Below, in pieces: positions 1 to 10,422 of a DNA stretch of 64,000 nucleotides (its first letter is position 1; each line of letters begins with the position of its first letter). The notes below the pieces were generated by a model. It made no database searches. It worked only from the letters and a program-made list of their open reading frames with translations, and was not told the origin of the DNA. Position numbers and translations under genes: made by a program. The DNA comes from Squalus acanthias (lineage: Eukaryota): assembly GCA_030390025.1 (NCBI GenBank), contig CM059431.1, positions 158,908,001 through 158,972,000 of the forward strand, written 5' to 3'.

Positions 1-18
1 GGAGGTGAGGAAGTTTAC

Positions 19-96
19 CGCTGATCCACTAATATTAACATTAATGAATAATGTTAATAATCCTGTAACTTTAAACAGTGAGGCGATGCACAACAT
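19..96 (-). CDS. Candidate signal-peptide (leader) exon, copy 1: MLCIASLFKVTGLLTLFINVNISGSA; rest of gene would lie left of the window
   Basis: ATG at 96-94, 26 open codons, hydrophobic core ending in small residues (SGSA), then donor GCG|gtaaac (phase 0). Clear paralog at 37327-37404. Could instead be a non-coding first exon. Confidence 0.5.
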
Positions 97-139
97 TGAT
101 TTCTGGAATATATTTAGGTGTCTGACAATCTCAGATTTG

Positions 140-350
140 GCCATAAATATACAAGTGGTAGATTTGACTGCTATTTTACAATCACAATTCTTCACTTGTG
201 CGCGTATCTCGATGTGTGTGTGCGCCCACACACGTATGTACAATGAAACTATTAGCCGCGTCCTATCCTTTCCCAACTGCGGAAATGTAGTTTCAGTCTC
301 GGCTCAGTAATTTCTCGAAATTATAGTTGAATTTATTTTCCGGAATTAAT
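140..350 (-). promoter_or_regulatory. Putative interferon-responsive promoter upstream of leader exon copy 1
   Basis: AGTTTCAGTCTC at 289-300 (ISRE consensus AGTTTCNNTTTC, 1 mismatch), identical in the paralog at 37594-37605; TATA-like AT stretch near 143-151. Confidence 0.4.
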
Positions 351-427
351 TGAGAACTAATTTTGAAATCTTATAATATTCATTTTTCTGCTTTTTCATA
401 CCTAGTATAATAAACACAACAGTCACA

Positions 428-1800
428 AAAATAACTTGCCTTTACACAGCGCTTTAAACATCGACAAACATCCCAAGGTGCTTCACAGGAGCCGAATCAG
501 ATAAAAGATTGGTGCTGAAGAAAGGAGCTAGAAGGTGGAGTGGTCCAAAATGTTGGTAAAATAAATCGGGTTTAGGAGCATCTTAGTAGGAGTGGAAGAA
601 GCTGGAGAGCGTTAGGTGGGGGATTTCAGATAAGAGAACCCGGACAGCCGAGATAACATTCGCCATAGATGTGCTGAGGAGATGGAGAAATGCACTCGCG
701 CCCAGAGCCGGAGGAATAGAGAGACCTTGGTGGTGGGGGCTTGTACGGCTGAAGGATGTGTCAGAGACAGGAAGGAAAAGGACCATGAAGGGATTTAAAC
801 GAGGATGCGAATGTTAATTTGGAGGTACTGGGGGACCGGGAGCCAATGTAGGTTCGCAAGGACAGGGAAGATCGTTGAGCAGCATTTTGGATCCACCCAA
901 GTTTACGGAGAGTAAAAGGACAAAGCCGACCCGGAGAGCACTAGAAATATCGAGTCTACAGGTGATCAAAGCAAGGATGAGGATTTCAGCAGCAGATGGA
1001 CTGAAGCAGGGATAAAGATGGGTGATGTTACGGAGGTGGAAGCAGGCGGTGTTTGTGATGGAGAAAATATCGGGTCGGAACCTCAGCTTGTCGTCATATA
1101 GAACGCTGAGGTTGTAAACTTTCTGGTTCAATCGGAGACACTAGATGGACGGGGATGGAATCGCCACAAGGGAAAACAATTTGTGGCGGGGGTCGAAGAC
1201 CCTGTCTTCGGTCTTACCAATGTTTATTTGGAGAAACGTGTAGCATATCTCAGACAGGCTGTCGGACAAGCAGCGTGAGAAAGCAGAGTCAGTGCAGGTG
1301 GCGGGAGAGGTGGTGTAGAGGTGGAGAAGATAATTGTTGGCGTACATGTGAAAGCTGATCACTTGTCTTCGGATAATGTCTCCAATGTGCAGCATGCAGA
1401 TGAGAAATAAGAGGGGGAGAGAGGGGATCTACGGGAGTCTCCAGGGTAACAGTGCGGCAGAGGGAAGTGAAGCCCTTGATGAAAATTCTCTGGGTAAGAC
1501 TGGATGGTTAAAAGTGAACCCAAGCAAGGACAGTCCCACTGTGCTGGACAACGGAGGAGAGGCGGTGGAGGATGTTGTGCTGGACCGTGTAAACGCTGCA
1601 GAGGTCAAGAAAAATGAGGGGGGATAATTTACCACTTTCGCAGGCATAGAACGTTTCATTTCTGACTTTTATTATTGTCAGTTCAGTGCTGTGTCAGGAG
1701 CAGAAACTCGATTGGAGATATTCAAATATGAAGTTGTGAGAAAGATGGGCAGAGATTCGTGAGGCGACAAAACATTGAGGGGAAAGGGAGGCTGGAGATG
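428..1800 (-). mobile_element. L2-clade LINE, degenerate 3' part
   Basis: L2-type 3' tail near 430-490; translated fragments FHMYANNYLL (decayed YADD region) and TACFHLRNI..LITCRLD typical of L2 RT C-terminus. Confidence 0.85.
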
Positions 1801-1867
1801 GAGATACACATGTCTAACTCTTCAGCCACGTGGAAAACTGTGTGCATCCCTTGGATCAAACTCTCTC

Positions 1868-2961
1868 ACAGAGTCATAGAGTTATACAGCACAGTAAGAG
1901 GCCTTTCGGGACCGCGCTGCCATCATGCCCTGTCTATTTGAATCCCATTTTCCAGACTTGGTCCGTAGCCTTTTAAGCTATGGCGTTTCAAGTGCTCATC
2001 TAAATGTTTCTTGAATGTTGTGAGGGTTCCTCCCTCTGCCACCCTTTCAGGCAGTGAGTTCCAGATTCCAACCAACCTCTGGGTGAAAATGTTTTTCCTC
2101 AAATTCCCTCTAAACCTCCTGCCCCTTACTTTGAAACTATGCCCCCTGGTTATTGACCACTTTACTAAGTGCAAAGTTCCATTCAATCTACCCTAGCTAT
2201 GCCCCTCATAATTTTGTACACCTCAATCAGGTATCCCCTCAGTCTTATCTGCTCTAAGGAAAACAACCGCAGCCTGTCCAGTTTCTAGCTGAAGCGCTGC
2301 AGCCCAGGTAACATCCTGGTGAGTCTCCTCTGCACCCTCTCCAATGCAATCACATCCTTCCTATAGTGTGGCGACCAGAACTGCACACAGTATTCCAGCT
2401 GTGGCCTAACTAGCGTTTTGCACAGCTCCATCATAACCTCCTTGCTCTTAAATTCTATGCCTCGGCTAATGAAGGCAATTATCCCATATGCCTTGTTAAC
2501 CACCTTATCTACCTGTCGTGCTTCCTTCAGAGATCTATGTACATGCACACCACGGTCCCTCTGATCCTCTGTCCTTCCTAGGGTCCTACCATTCATTGTT
2601 TATTCCCTTGCCTTGTTAGTCCTCCCAAAATTCATCACCTCACTCTTTTCAGGGTTAAGTTCCATTTGCCACTGTTCTGACAATTTGATCAACCCGTCTA
2701 TAGTGTCCTGTAGCCTGAGGCTTCCCTCCTCGCTATTTACCACCCCACCATTTTTCGTGGCATCTGCAAACTTACTGATCATACCTCCTACATTCATATC
2801 TAAATAATTAATGTAAACTACAAACAGCAAAGGACCCAACACCGATCCCTGCAGTACACTACTGGACACAGGCTTCCAGTCACAAAAACAACTTTCGACC
2901 ATCAAGCTCTGCCTCCAGCCACGAAGCCAATTTTGGATCCAATGTGCCAAATTGCCCTGGA
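1868..2961 (-). mobile_element. HER1/CR1 LINE, 5'-truncated
   Basis: RT C-terminal ORFs 2600-2950 ([18 protein letters not shown]), 2285-2596 and 1923-2186; 3' (CTCTATGA)-type tail at about 1868-1885. Confidence 0.92.
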
Positions 2962-2973
2962 TACTCTGAAATA

Positions 2974-3260
2974 GAGAGGTCGCACAACACCAGGTTATAG
3001 TCCAACAGTTTTATTTTAAATCACAAGCTTTCGGAGTTACAACTCCTTCGTCAGGTGAACTGAGGAGATACAGAATCGTCAAAGCATATATAGATAGAGA
3101 ACAATGCATGTGTAACTTACAATGCGATTCCACCTCATTGTCTCAGTTGTATCTTGCTATGTCTTTGATGTGGTACCTTCCTGGCTGACCTGATTAACTT
3201 TATCACACCTCGGCAGATAAACAGTCAGGATGATTGAATTCAGTTGTCTGCAACACAGAC
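2974..3260 (-). mobile_element. Short Penelope-derived insertion (pLTR-type end) with 12-bp target-site duplication
   Basis: TACTCTGAAATA at 2962-2973 and 3261-3272; 2974-3058 matches the arm of the element at 10201-10422. Confidence 0.75.
3021..3058 (-). ncRNA. Minimal type-I hammerhead ribozyme motif (PLE-associated)
   Basis: Minus strand reads TCAC-CTGACGA-A-GGAGT tgta ACTCC-GAAA-GC-TT-GTGA: CUGANGA/GAAA core, paired stem II, 4-bp stem I, palindromic AAGCTT in place of stem III. Confidence 0.7.
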
Positions 3261-3739
3261 TACTCTGAAATACACATGTCTCATTTGGCGTTTAATGGTA
3301 TCAGGCATTGTTAAACTCATTTTACTTTGACAAACCATTCCACGTGTTCTGGCTGGGCAACTGGAATCTCCCATTTGAAGCGGAGGGGTTTGTGTGCTGC
3401 AGGTTACAGAATTATTACAAAGCTTCCGATATTCTCCTTTTACAAAACTGCTTCAGAAAATGCAGCGCCGTCACTTCCCTTTTTTAATACAGAGAACTGC
3501 ATAGAATGTACAGCTCAGAAACAGTCCATTCGCTCAACTGGTTCATGCCTGTGTTTATACTCCACCTGAACCTCCTCCCGTCCCTGTTTATCTAACCCTA
3601 TCAGCAGAATCTTCCAATTCCTTTCTTCCTCTTGCTTAACTATATTATCCTCAAATACATCTTTTCTTTGCAGTGAGGTTCGGTAACCTCGAGCTTGCCA
3701 CCCATTGACCCTGTGTAGTTCAAGTGCATTTGTTCATCC

Positions 3740-5900
3740 ATCCCACTGACACAGCCAAACATCGAAGCCCCACTGGCACAGCCCCACACCCCACTGAACA
3801 CCCCAAACCCAACTGACCCAGCCCCACACCCCACTGACCCACCCCACAACCCACTGATCAAGCCCCACACCCCCTGACCCAGCACCGCACACCACTGTTC
3901 AAGACCCCACAAACCACGGAAACAGCCTCACTCTGCCATTCCAGTGAACCTTCCTCAACTCCCACCGACCCAGCCCCGTCTACCCAGCGAACTAGCCCCG
4001 CCCATCAGCAATACATCCCCACCTCCAACCGACCCAGCCACCCTACCCACTCAGCTCCGCACCCTCATCAAATCATCCCCAAACCCCACCGACCAGAACC
4101 GTCTACCCACCGACCCAGCCCCGAACCCCTCAGCAAATCAACTCCACCCCCCAACGACCCAGCCCAGTATTCCCACCGACCCAGCCCCGTCTACCAACCA
4201 AACCAGCCCCGCAAATTCAGCAATCAATCCTCGCCCCCGCCCGAAACATCCCCGCCACACCACCGACCCAGCCCCGCACCCTCAGCAATCGATCCCCACA
4301 ACCCACCGACCCAGCCCCGCATACTCAATGACCCAGCCCCGCCCCCTCATCAATCGATCCCCACACACCACCGACCCAGCCCCGCATACTCAATGACCCA
4401 GCCCCGCCACCTCAGAAATCGATCCCCGCACCCCACCGACCCAGCCCCGCATACTAAATGATCCAGCCCCGCCCACTCAGCAATCCAACACCAACACCCA
4501 CCGACCCAGCCCAGTATTCCCACCGACCCAGCCCCGTCTACCAAACAAACCAGCACCACAATCAGCAATCAATCCCCGCCCCCGCCCGAAACATCCCCGC
4601 CACACCACCGACCCAGCCCCACCCCCTCAGCAATCGATCCCCACACCCCACGGACCCAGACCCGCATACTCAATGACCCAGCCCCGCCCCCTCAGCAATC
4701 GATCCCCACACCCCACCGACCCAGCCCCGCATACTCAATGACCCAGCCCCGCCCCCTCAACAATCCAGCACCAACACCCACCGACCCAGCCCCGTCTAAC
4801 CACCGACAAAGCCCCGCCCCCTCAGCGATTCCATTCGCGCCCCTCACCGACACAGACGCACCGCGAACAAACTCTCCCCACCGCACCCGACCCAGCCCCG
4901 CCCCCTATCGTACCAGCCCCGCCCCGTCAGCAACTCATCCACACCACCCACCGACACAGCCCCGCCTCCCACACCGAGAAAGCCCCCCCTCAGCAATCCA
5001 TTCCCACCGCACACCGCCCCAGTCCCGCCCCCACAGACCCAGCCCCACCCCCACACCGACCCGGACCGGCCCCCTCGACAAATAATCACCAGCCCCCACC
5101 GACGCAGCCCCATCTACTCACCGAACCCAACCTTCCCCCACAGCAAATCATCCCCAGACCGTGCCGAACAACCCCTTCCAGCCACCGACCCAGCCACGAC
5201 CCAAGCAATTCAGGCCCACGCCTCACCGACCGAGCTCCGCCCCCCCACAGACCCAACCACGCCCCCTCAGCAATACATTCCCAACCCCTACCGACCCAAA
5301 CTCACACCCCACCGACAGCAATCAATCCCCACCCCGCAACGCCCCAGCCACGCCCCACACCGAATCAGCCCCGCCCCCTTAGTCATCCATCACCAAACCC
5401 CACCGACCCAGTCCAGCCTCCCACCCACTCAGCCCCGCCTCCCCACTGACCCCCCAACCGAACCCTCAGTAATCCATCCTCACCCATCTCCGACACCACA
5501 GATATCCATTTCCACCCCCAACCGACTCAGATCAATCTAACAACTGACCCAGCCCAGCACCCTCAGAAAACAATCCCCGCCTCCCCACCGACCCAGCCCC
5601 GCCCATTTTAGCAATCCAACCCCGCCCCACCACCGACCAGCCCCGTCTACCAACCGACCCAGCCCCGTCCCCTCAGAAAACAATCCCCCGGCCCCCCAAC
5701 GACCCAGCCCCGCTCTTTCAGCAATCCAACCCCGGCCCAACACCGACCCAGCCCCGTCTACCTACCGACCCAGCCCCGCCCCCTCAAAAAACAATCCCCC
5801 ACCGCTCAACCGACCCAGCCCCGCCCTTTCAGTAAACCAACCCCGCCCCACCACCGACCCAGCCCCGTCTACCCACCGACCCAGCCCCACCCCCGCAGCA
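3740..5900. repeat. C-rich minisatellite, variable unit, core CCGACCCAGCCCC
   Basis: Dozens of GACCCAGCCCC cores; the ORFs here are Pro/Thr/Gln-rich by-products. Confidence 0.95.
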
Positions 5901-5929
5901 ATGACACTTTAACGTTAAGAGACCCTGCC

Positions 5930-6720
5930 TGTTCAACCGTTCCGGATTGGTATAACCTCGCAGTTTTGGTAGCATCCTTGTAAATCTTTCTTGCACCTAC
6001 TCCAGTGCCTCTATATGCTTTTTCTATGATATGGCCAGAACTGTACACAGTACTCCAAGTTTGGTCGAACCAAGTTTCGATAAAAGTTTAGCATAACTTC
6101 TCTACTTTCCAATTCTATCCCTCTACAAATAAACCCCTGTGATTGGTTGCTTTTATTATGGCCTTATTGACCTGCATCGTAACTTTTAATGATTTGCGTA
6201 TTGCTACTCCGATATCCCTTTCCTCCTCTGCCCCATATAGATTCTTATTTTCGGAAAAATATGAGACGTCTTACTTTTCTTACCTAAATATAATACATCA
6301 CACTAATCTATGTTGGAATTCATTTGCCAAATATATGCCCATCCTACAAGTTTATTCATGTCTTCTTTTAATTTCTTTAAGTCCTCCTCAGTATTGACTT
6401 TCCCTCTCAATTTGATGTTGTCTACAAATTTAGAAAATGTGTTTTTGATTCCAAAGTCTAAATCGTGAAATAAATTGTGAACAACAGTGGTCCCAGCATT
6501 TATCCTTGTGGAACCCCACTATCCACCTTCTGCCACTCTGAATAGCTACCCTTTACCCTTACTCTCTGATTTCTCTCTTGCAGCCACCTCGCTATCCATT
6601 CTGCTACGTGTTCCACGACTCCGCATGCACTCACCTTATTCATTAGATTATTATGTGATACCATATCAAAGGCATTTTATAAATATAGATATATTACTAT
6701 TACTATCTTACCCCTGTCTG
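5930..6720 (-). mobile_element. Old CR1 LINE RT fragment
   Basis: Reverse complement encodes decayed LVRPxLEYCVQFW and PQGxxLGPLLF motifs. Confidence 0.7.
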
Positions 6721-6724
6721 CAAA

Positions 6725-8215
6725 GTGCATACGAAACAGGAGCAGGAGTAGGCCTACCGGCCCTATCGGCATGCTCAGACATTCAATTCAGTCATGCCTG
6801 ATCATCGACCGCAGTTCCACTTTCCCGCCCCATCTTTTTAATCCTTTGATTCCCCAAGATTCCAAAAATCTATGTCTCTCAGCCTTCCCATCATTGGGAA
6901 CATCCTCACCGCGTCCACCCGATCAAGCCCCTTCACAATCTTATATGTTTCAATAAGCTCGCCTCTCATTCTTCTGAACTCCAATGAGTAGAATCCCAAT
7001 CTACTCAACATCTCCTCGTATGTCCACCCCCTCATCCCCGGAATTAACCGAGTGAACCTTCATTGTACTGCCTCGAGAGGAAGTATGTCTTTTCTTAAGT
7101 ATGGACACCATAACTGTATGCAGTACTCCAGATGCGGACTCACCAATACCCTATACAACTGCAGCAATACCGCACTGTTTTTATATGCTATCTCCCTAGC
7201 AATAAAAGCCAACATTCCATTGGCTTTCTTGATCACCTGCTGCACCTGCATACTAACTTTTTGATGTTCTTGCACCAAGACCCCAGATCCCTTTGTACTG
7301 CAGTACTTTCCAGTTTCTCGCCATTAAGATAATAACTTGCTCTCTGATTTTTCCTGCGAAAGTGCATAACCTCACATTTTCCAATATTGTATTGCATCTG
7401 CCAAATCTCTGCCCACTCACCCAGCCTGTCTATATCCCCTTGTAGGTTTTTTATGTCCTTCTCACTCTCTACTTTCCCTCCCATCTTTGTATCATCTGCA
7501 AACTTTGATATGTTACACTCGGTTCCCTCCTCCAAATTGTTAATATAGATTGTAAAGAGTTGGGGACCCAGCACCGACCCCTGCGGAACACCACTTGCTA
7601 CTGGTTGCCAGTCCGAGAATGAACCATTTATCCCAACTCTCTGCTTTCAGTTTAGATAACCAATCTTCCACCCATGCCAGAATATTACCCCCAATCCAGT
7701 GATTTTTTATCTTGAGTAATAATCTTTTATGTGGCACCTTGTCGAAAGCCTTCTGGAAGTCTAAATACACTACATCCACTAGTTCCCCTTTATCCACTCT
7801 GTACGTTATGTCCTCAAAGAACTCGAGAAAATTTGTCAGATATGACTTCCCCTTCATAAAGCCATGCTGACTTTGTCCTATTAAATTATGTTTATCTAAA
7901 TGTTCCGTTACTGTCTCCTTAAAAATAGACTCCAAAATTTTACCCACCACAGATGTTAGGCTAACTGGTCTATAATTTCCAGCCTTCTGCCTACAACCCT
8001 TTTTAAATAAGGGTGTTACATTAGCAGTTTCTCTCAATTTTAAAAGAAATCTTTTTTTCTATTCTACATAACAAAGTGAAAAACCTCACATTTCCCTACA
8101 TTATAATCCATTTGCCACCCTACTGCCCAGTCAATCAGTCTATCTATGTCACTTTGCAGACTCTTTTTCTTCTCCTCACTACTTACAGTCCCAGCTTGCT
8201 TTGCATCAGCAGCAG
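6725..8215 (-). mobile_element. CR1 LINE 3' part, plus an adjacent CR1 fragment at 8064-8215
   Basis: ORFs 7540-8037 (NYRPVSLTSVVGK, YLDFQKAFDKVPH), 7233-7574 (SKFADDTK), 7060-7278, 6838-7035. Confidence 0.92.
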
Positions 8216-8810
8216 TCCTGTGAAATCCCAGGCCCTGTCCTATAGATACTAAATCACATCTTTCATGCCTCTGACATTCCAAGTGTCTTTGGAATGACTT
8301 GTACATTTACAGGCACAACATTCAATCCTAAATCCAATTCTTTGGATTAGAGTCATAGAGTTATACAGCACAAAAACATGCCCTTCGGCCATCGTGCCTT
8401 CGCCCGCCATCAAGCCCTGTCTATTCTAAATCCCATTTTCCAGCACTTGGTCCCTAGCCTTGTATGCTATGGCCTTTCAAGTGATCATCTAAATGCTTCT
8501 TGAATGTTGTGAGGGTTCCTGCCTCTACCAACCTTTCAGGCAGTGAACTCCAGATTCCAACCACCCTCTGGGTGAAAAAGGTTTTCCTCATATCCCCTCT
8601 AAACCACCTGCGACTTACGTTGAAACTGTGCCATCTGGTTATTGATCTCTCCTCTAACGGGAAACGTTCCTTTCTATATACCCTATCTATTCCCCTTTTA
8701 ATTTTGTACACCTCAATCAGGTCCCACCTCAGCCTTCGCTGCTCTAAGGAAAATAAACCCAGCCAGTCCAGGCTCTCTTCATAGCTAAAGCGCTCCGGCC
8801 CAATTAACAT

Positions 8811-9184
8811 TGGGCAACACGGTGGCATAGTGGTTAGCACTGCTGCCTCACAGCGCCAGAGACCCGGCTACGAATCTGACCTCGGGTGACTGTCTGTGTG
8901 GAGTTTGCACATTCTCCCCGTGTCTGCGTGGGTTTCCTCCGGGTGCTCCGGTTTCCTCCCACAGTCCAAAAATGTGCGGGTTAGGTTGATTTGGCTATGA
9001 TAAATTGATCCTTAGTGTCAAGGGGGGATTAAATACGTGGGGTTACGGGGGTAGGGTGTGATATGTGTACTGTGGGGATTAAAGCAGGGACAGGGTACTG
9101 GATTTGGATGATCAGCCATGATCGTATTGAATGGTGGAGCAGGCTCGACGGGCCGAATGGCGTGCTCCTAGATTCTATGTTTAT
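8811..9184 (+). mobile_element. HE1-type V-SINE nested in the HER1 LINE
   Basis: tRNA-derived head (GGTGGCATAGTGGTTAGC), V-domain core TGTGTGGAGTTTGCAC..CTCCGGTTTCCTCCCAC, CR1-like 3' tail; 8-bp TSD ATTAACAT at 8803-8810 and 9185-9192. Confidence 0.92.
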
Positions 9185-10200
9185 ATTAACATCCTGGTGA
9201 ATCTCCTCTGCACCCTTTCCAAAGCAATCACGTCCTTCCTGCAGTGTGGCGACCAGAACTGCCCACAGTATTCCAGCTGTGGTCTAACTAACGTTTTGTA
9301 CAGTTCCATCATAACATTCCTGCTTTTATATTCTATGCCTCGGCTAATGAAGGCAAGTATCCCATATGCCTTTTAAACCACCTTATCTAACTGTCCTCCT
9401 GCCTTCAGAGATCTATGTATAGGCACACTAAGGTCCCTCTGATCCTCTGTTCTTCCTACGGTCCTACCATTCATTATGTATACCCTTGCCTTCTTAGTCC
9501 TACCTAAATGCATCACCCCACACAAATTTCAGGCTTAAATTCCATTTGCCACTGTTCTGCACATCTGACCAACCCGTCTATATCGTCCTGTAGCCTGAGG
9601 CTTCACTCCTCGCTATTTACCACTCCAGCAATTTTCGTGTCATCTGCGAACTTACTGATCATACCTCCAACATACATATCTAAATCATTAATGTGCACTA
9701 CAAATAGCAAGGGACCCAGCACCGAACCCTGCGGTACACCACTGGACACAGGCCTCCAGTCACAAAAACAAAATTCGACCTCACCCTCTGCCTCCTGCCA
9801 CTAAGCCAATTTTGGATCCTATTTGCCAAATTGCCCTAGATCCCATGGGCTCTTAACTTCTTGACCAGTCTCCCATGCGGGGCTTTGTCAAAAGCCTTAC
9901 TGAAGTCCATGTAGACTGCATCAACTGCACAACTCTCATCTGCACACCTAGTTACCCCACGAAAATTCAAACATATTGGTTAGACATGATCACCCCCTGA
10001 CAAAGCCATGCTGACTATCTTTGATTAATTATTGCCTCTCGAAGTGAAGAATAATTCTGTCACTCAGAATTGTTTCCAATAATTTCCCTACCACTGATGT
10101 TAGGCTCACTGGTCTGCAGTTCGCCGCTTTATCCCTACTACCCTTACTGAATAATGGAACTACGTTAGCTGACCTCCAGCCCACTGGCACCTCCCCTGTG

Positions 10201-10422
10201 AGGTCGCACAACAGCAGGTTATAGTCCAACAGTTTTATTTGAAATCACAAGCTTTCGGAGCTATCGATTTGCTCCTTCCTCAGGCTACTTCACCTGAGGA
10301 AGGAGCAAATCGATAGCTCCGAAAGCTTGTGATTTCAAATAAAACTGTTGGACTATAACCTGGTGTTGTGCGACCTCTCAATTTTGTCCACCCCAGTCCA
10401 ACACCGGCATCTCCGCATCATG
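10201..10422 (+). mobile_element. Penelope-derived palindromic insertion nested in HER1 ORF2
   Basis: 12-bp TSD ACCTCCCCTGTG at 10189-10200 and 10423-10434; inverted arms 10200-10284 and 10293-10377 with an 8-nt loop. Confidence 0.85.
10290..10332 (+). ncRNA. Minimal type-I hammerhead ribozyme motif (PLE-associated)
   Basis: TCAC-CTGAGGA-A-GGAGC aaatcgata GCTCC-GAAA-GC-TT-GTGA. Confidence 0.7.

Noticed and set aside
5..310. 101-aa plus-strand ORF
   Set aside because: Non-ATG start, antisense to the leader/promoter unit, no recognisable domain.
1804..3281. ATACACATGTCT at 1804-1815 and 3270-3281 as a possible TSD
   Set aside because: Does not coincide with the HER1 element ends and overlaps the better-supported PLE TSD.
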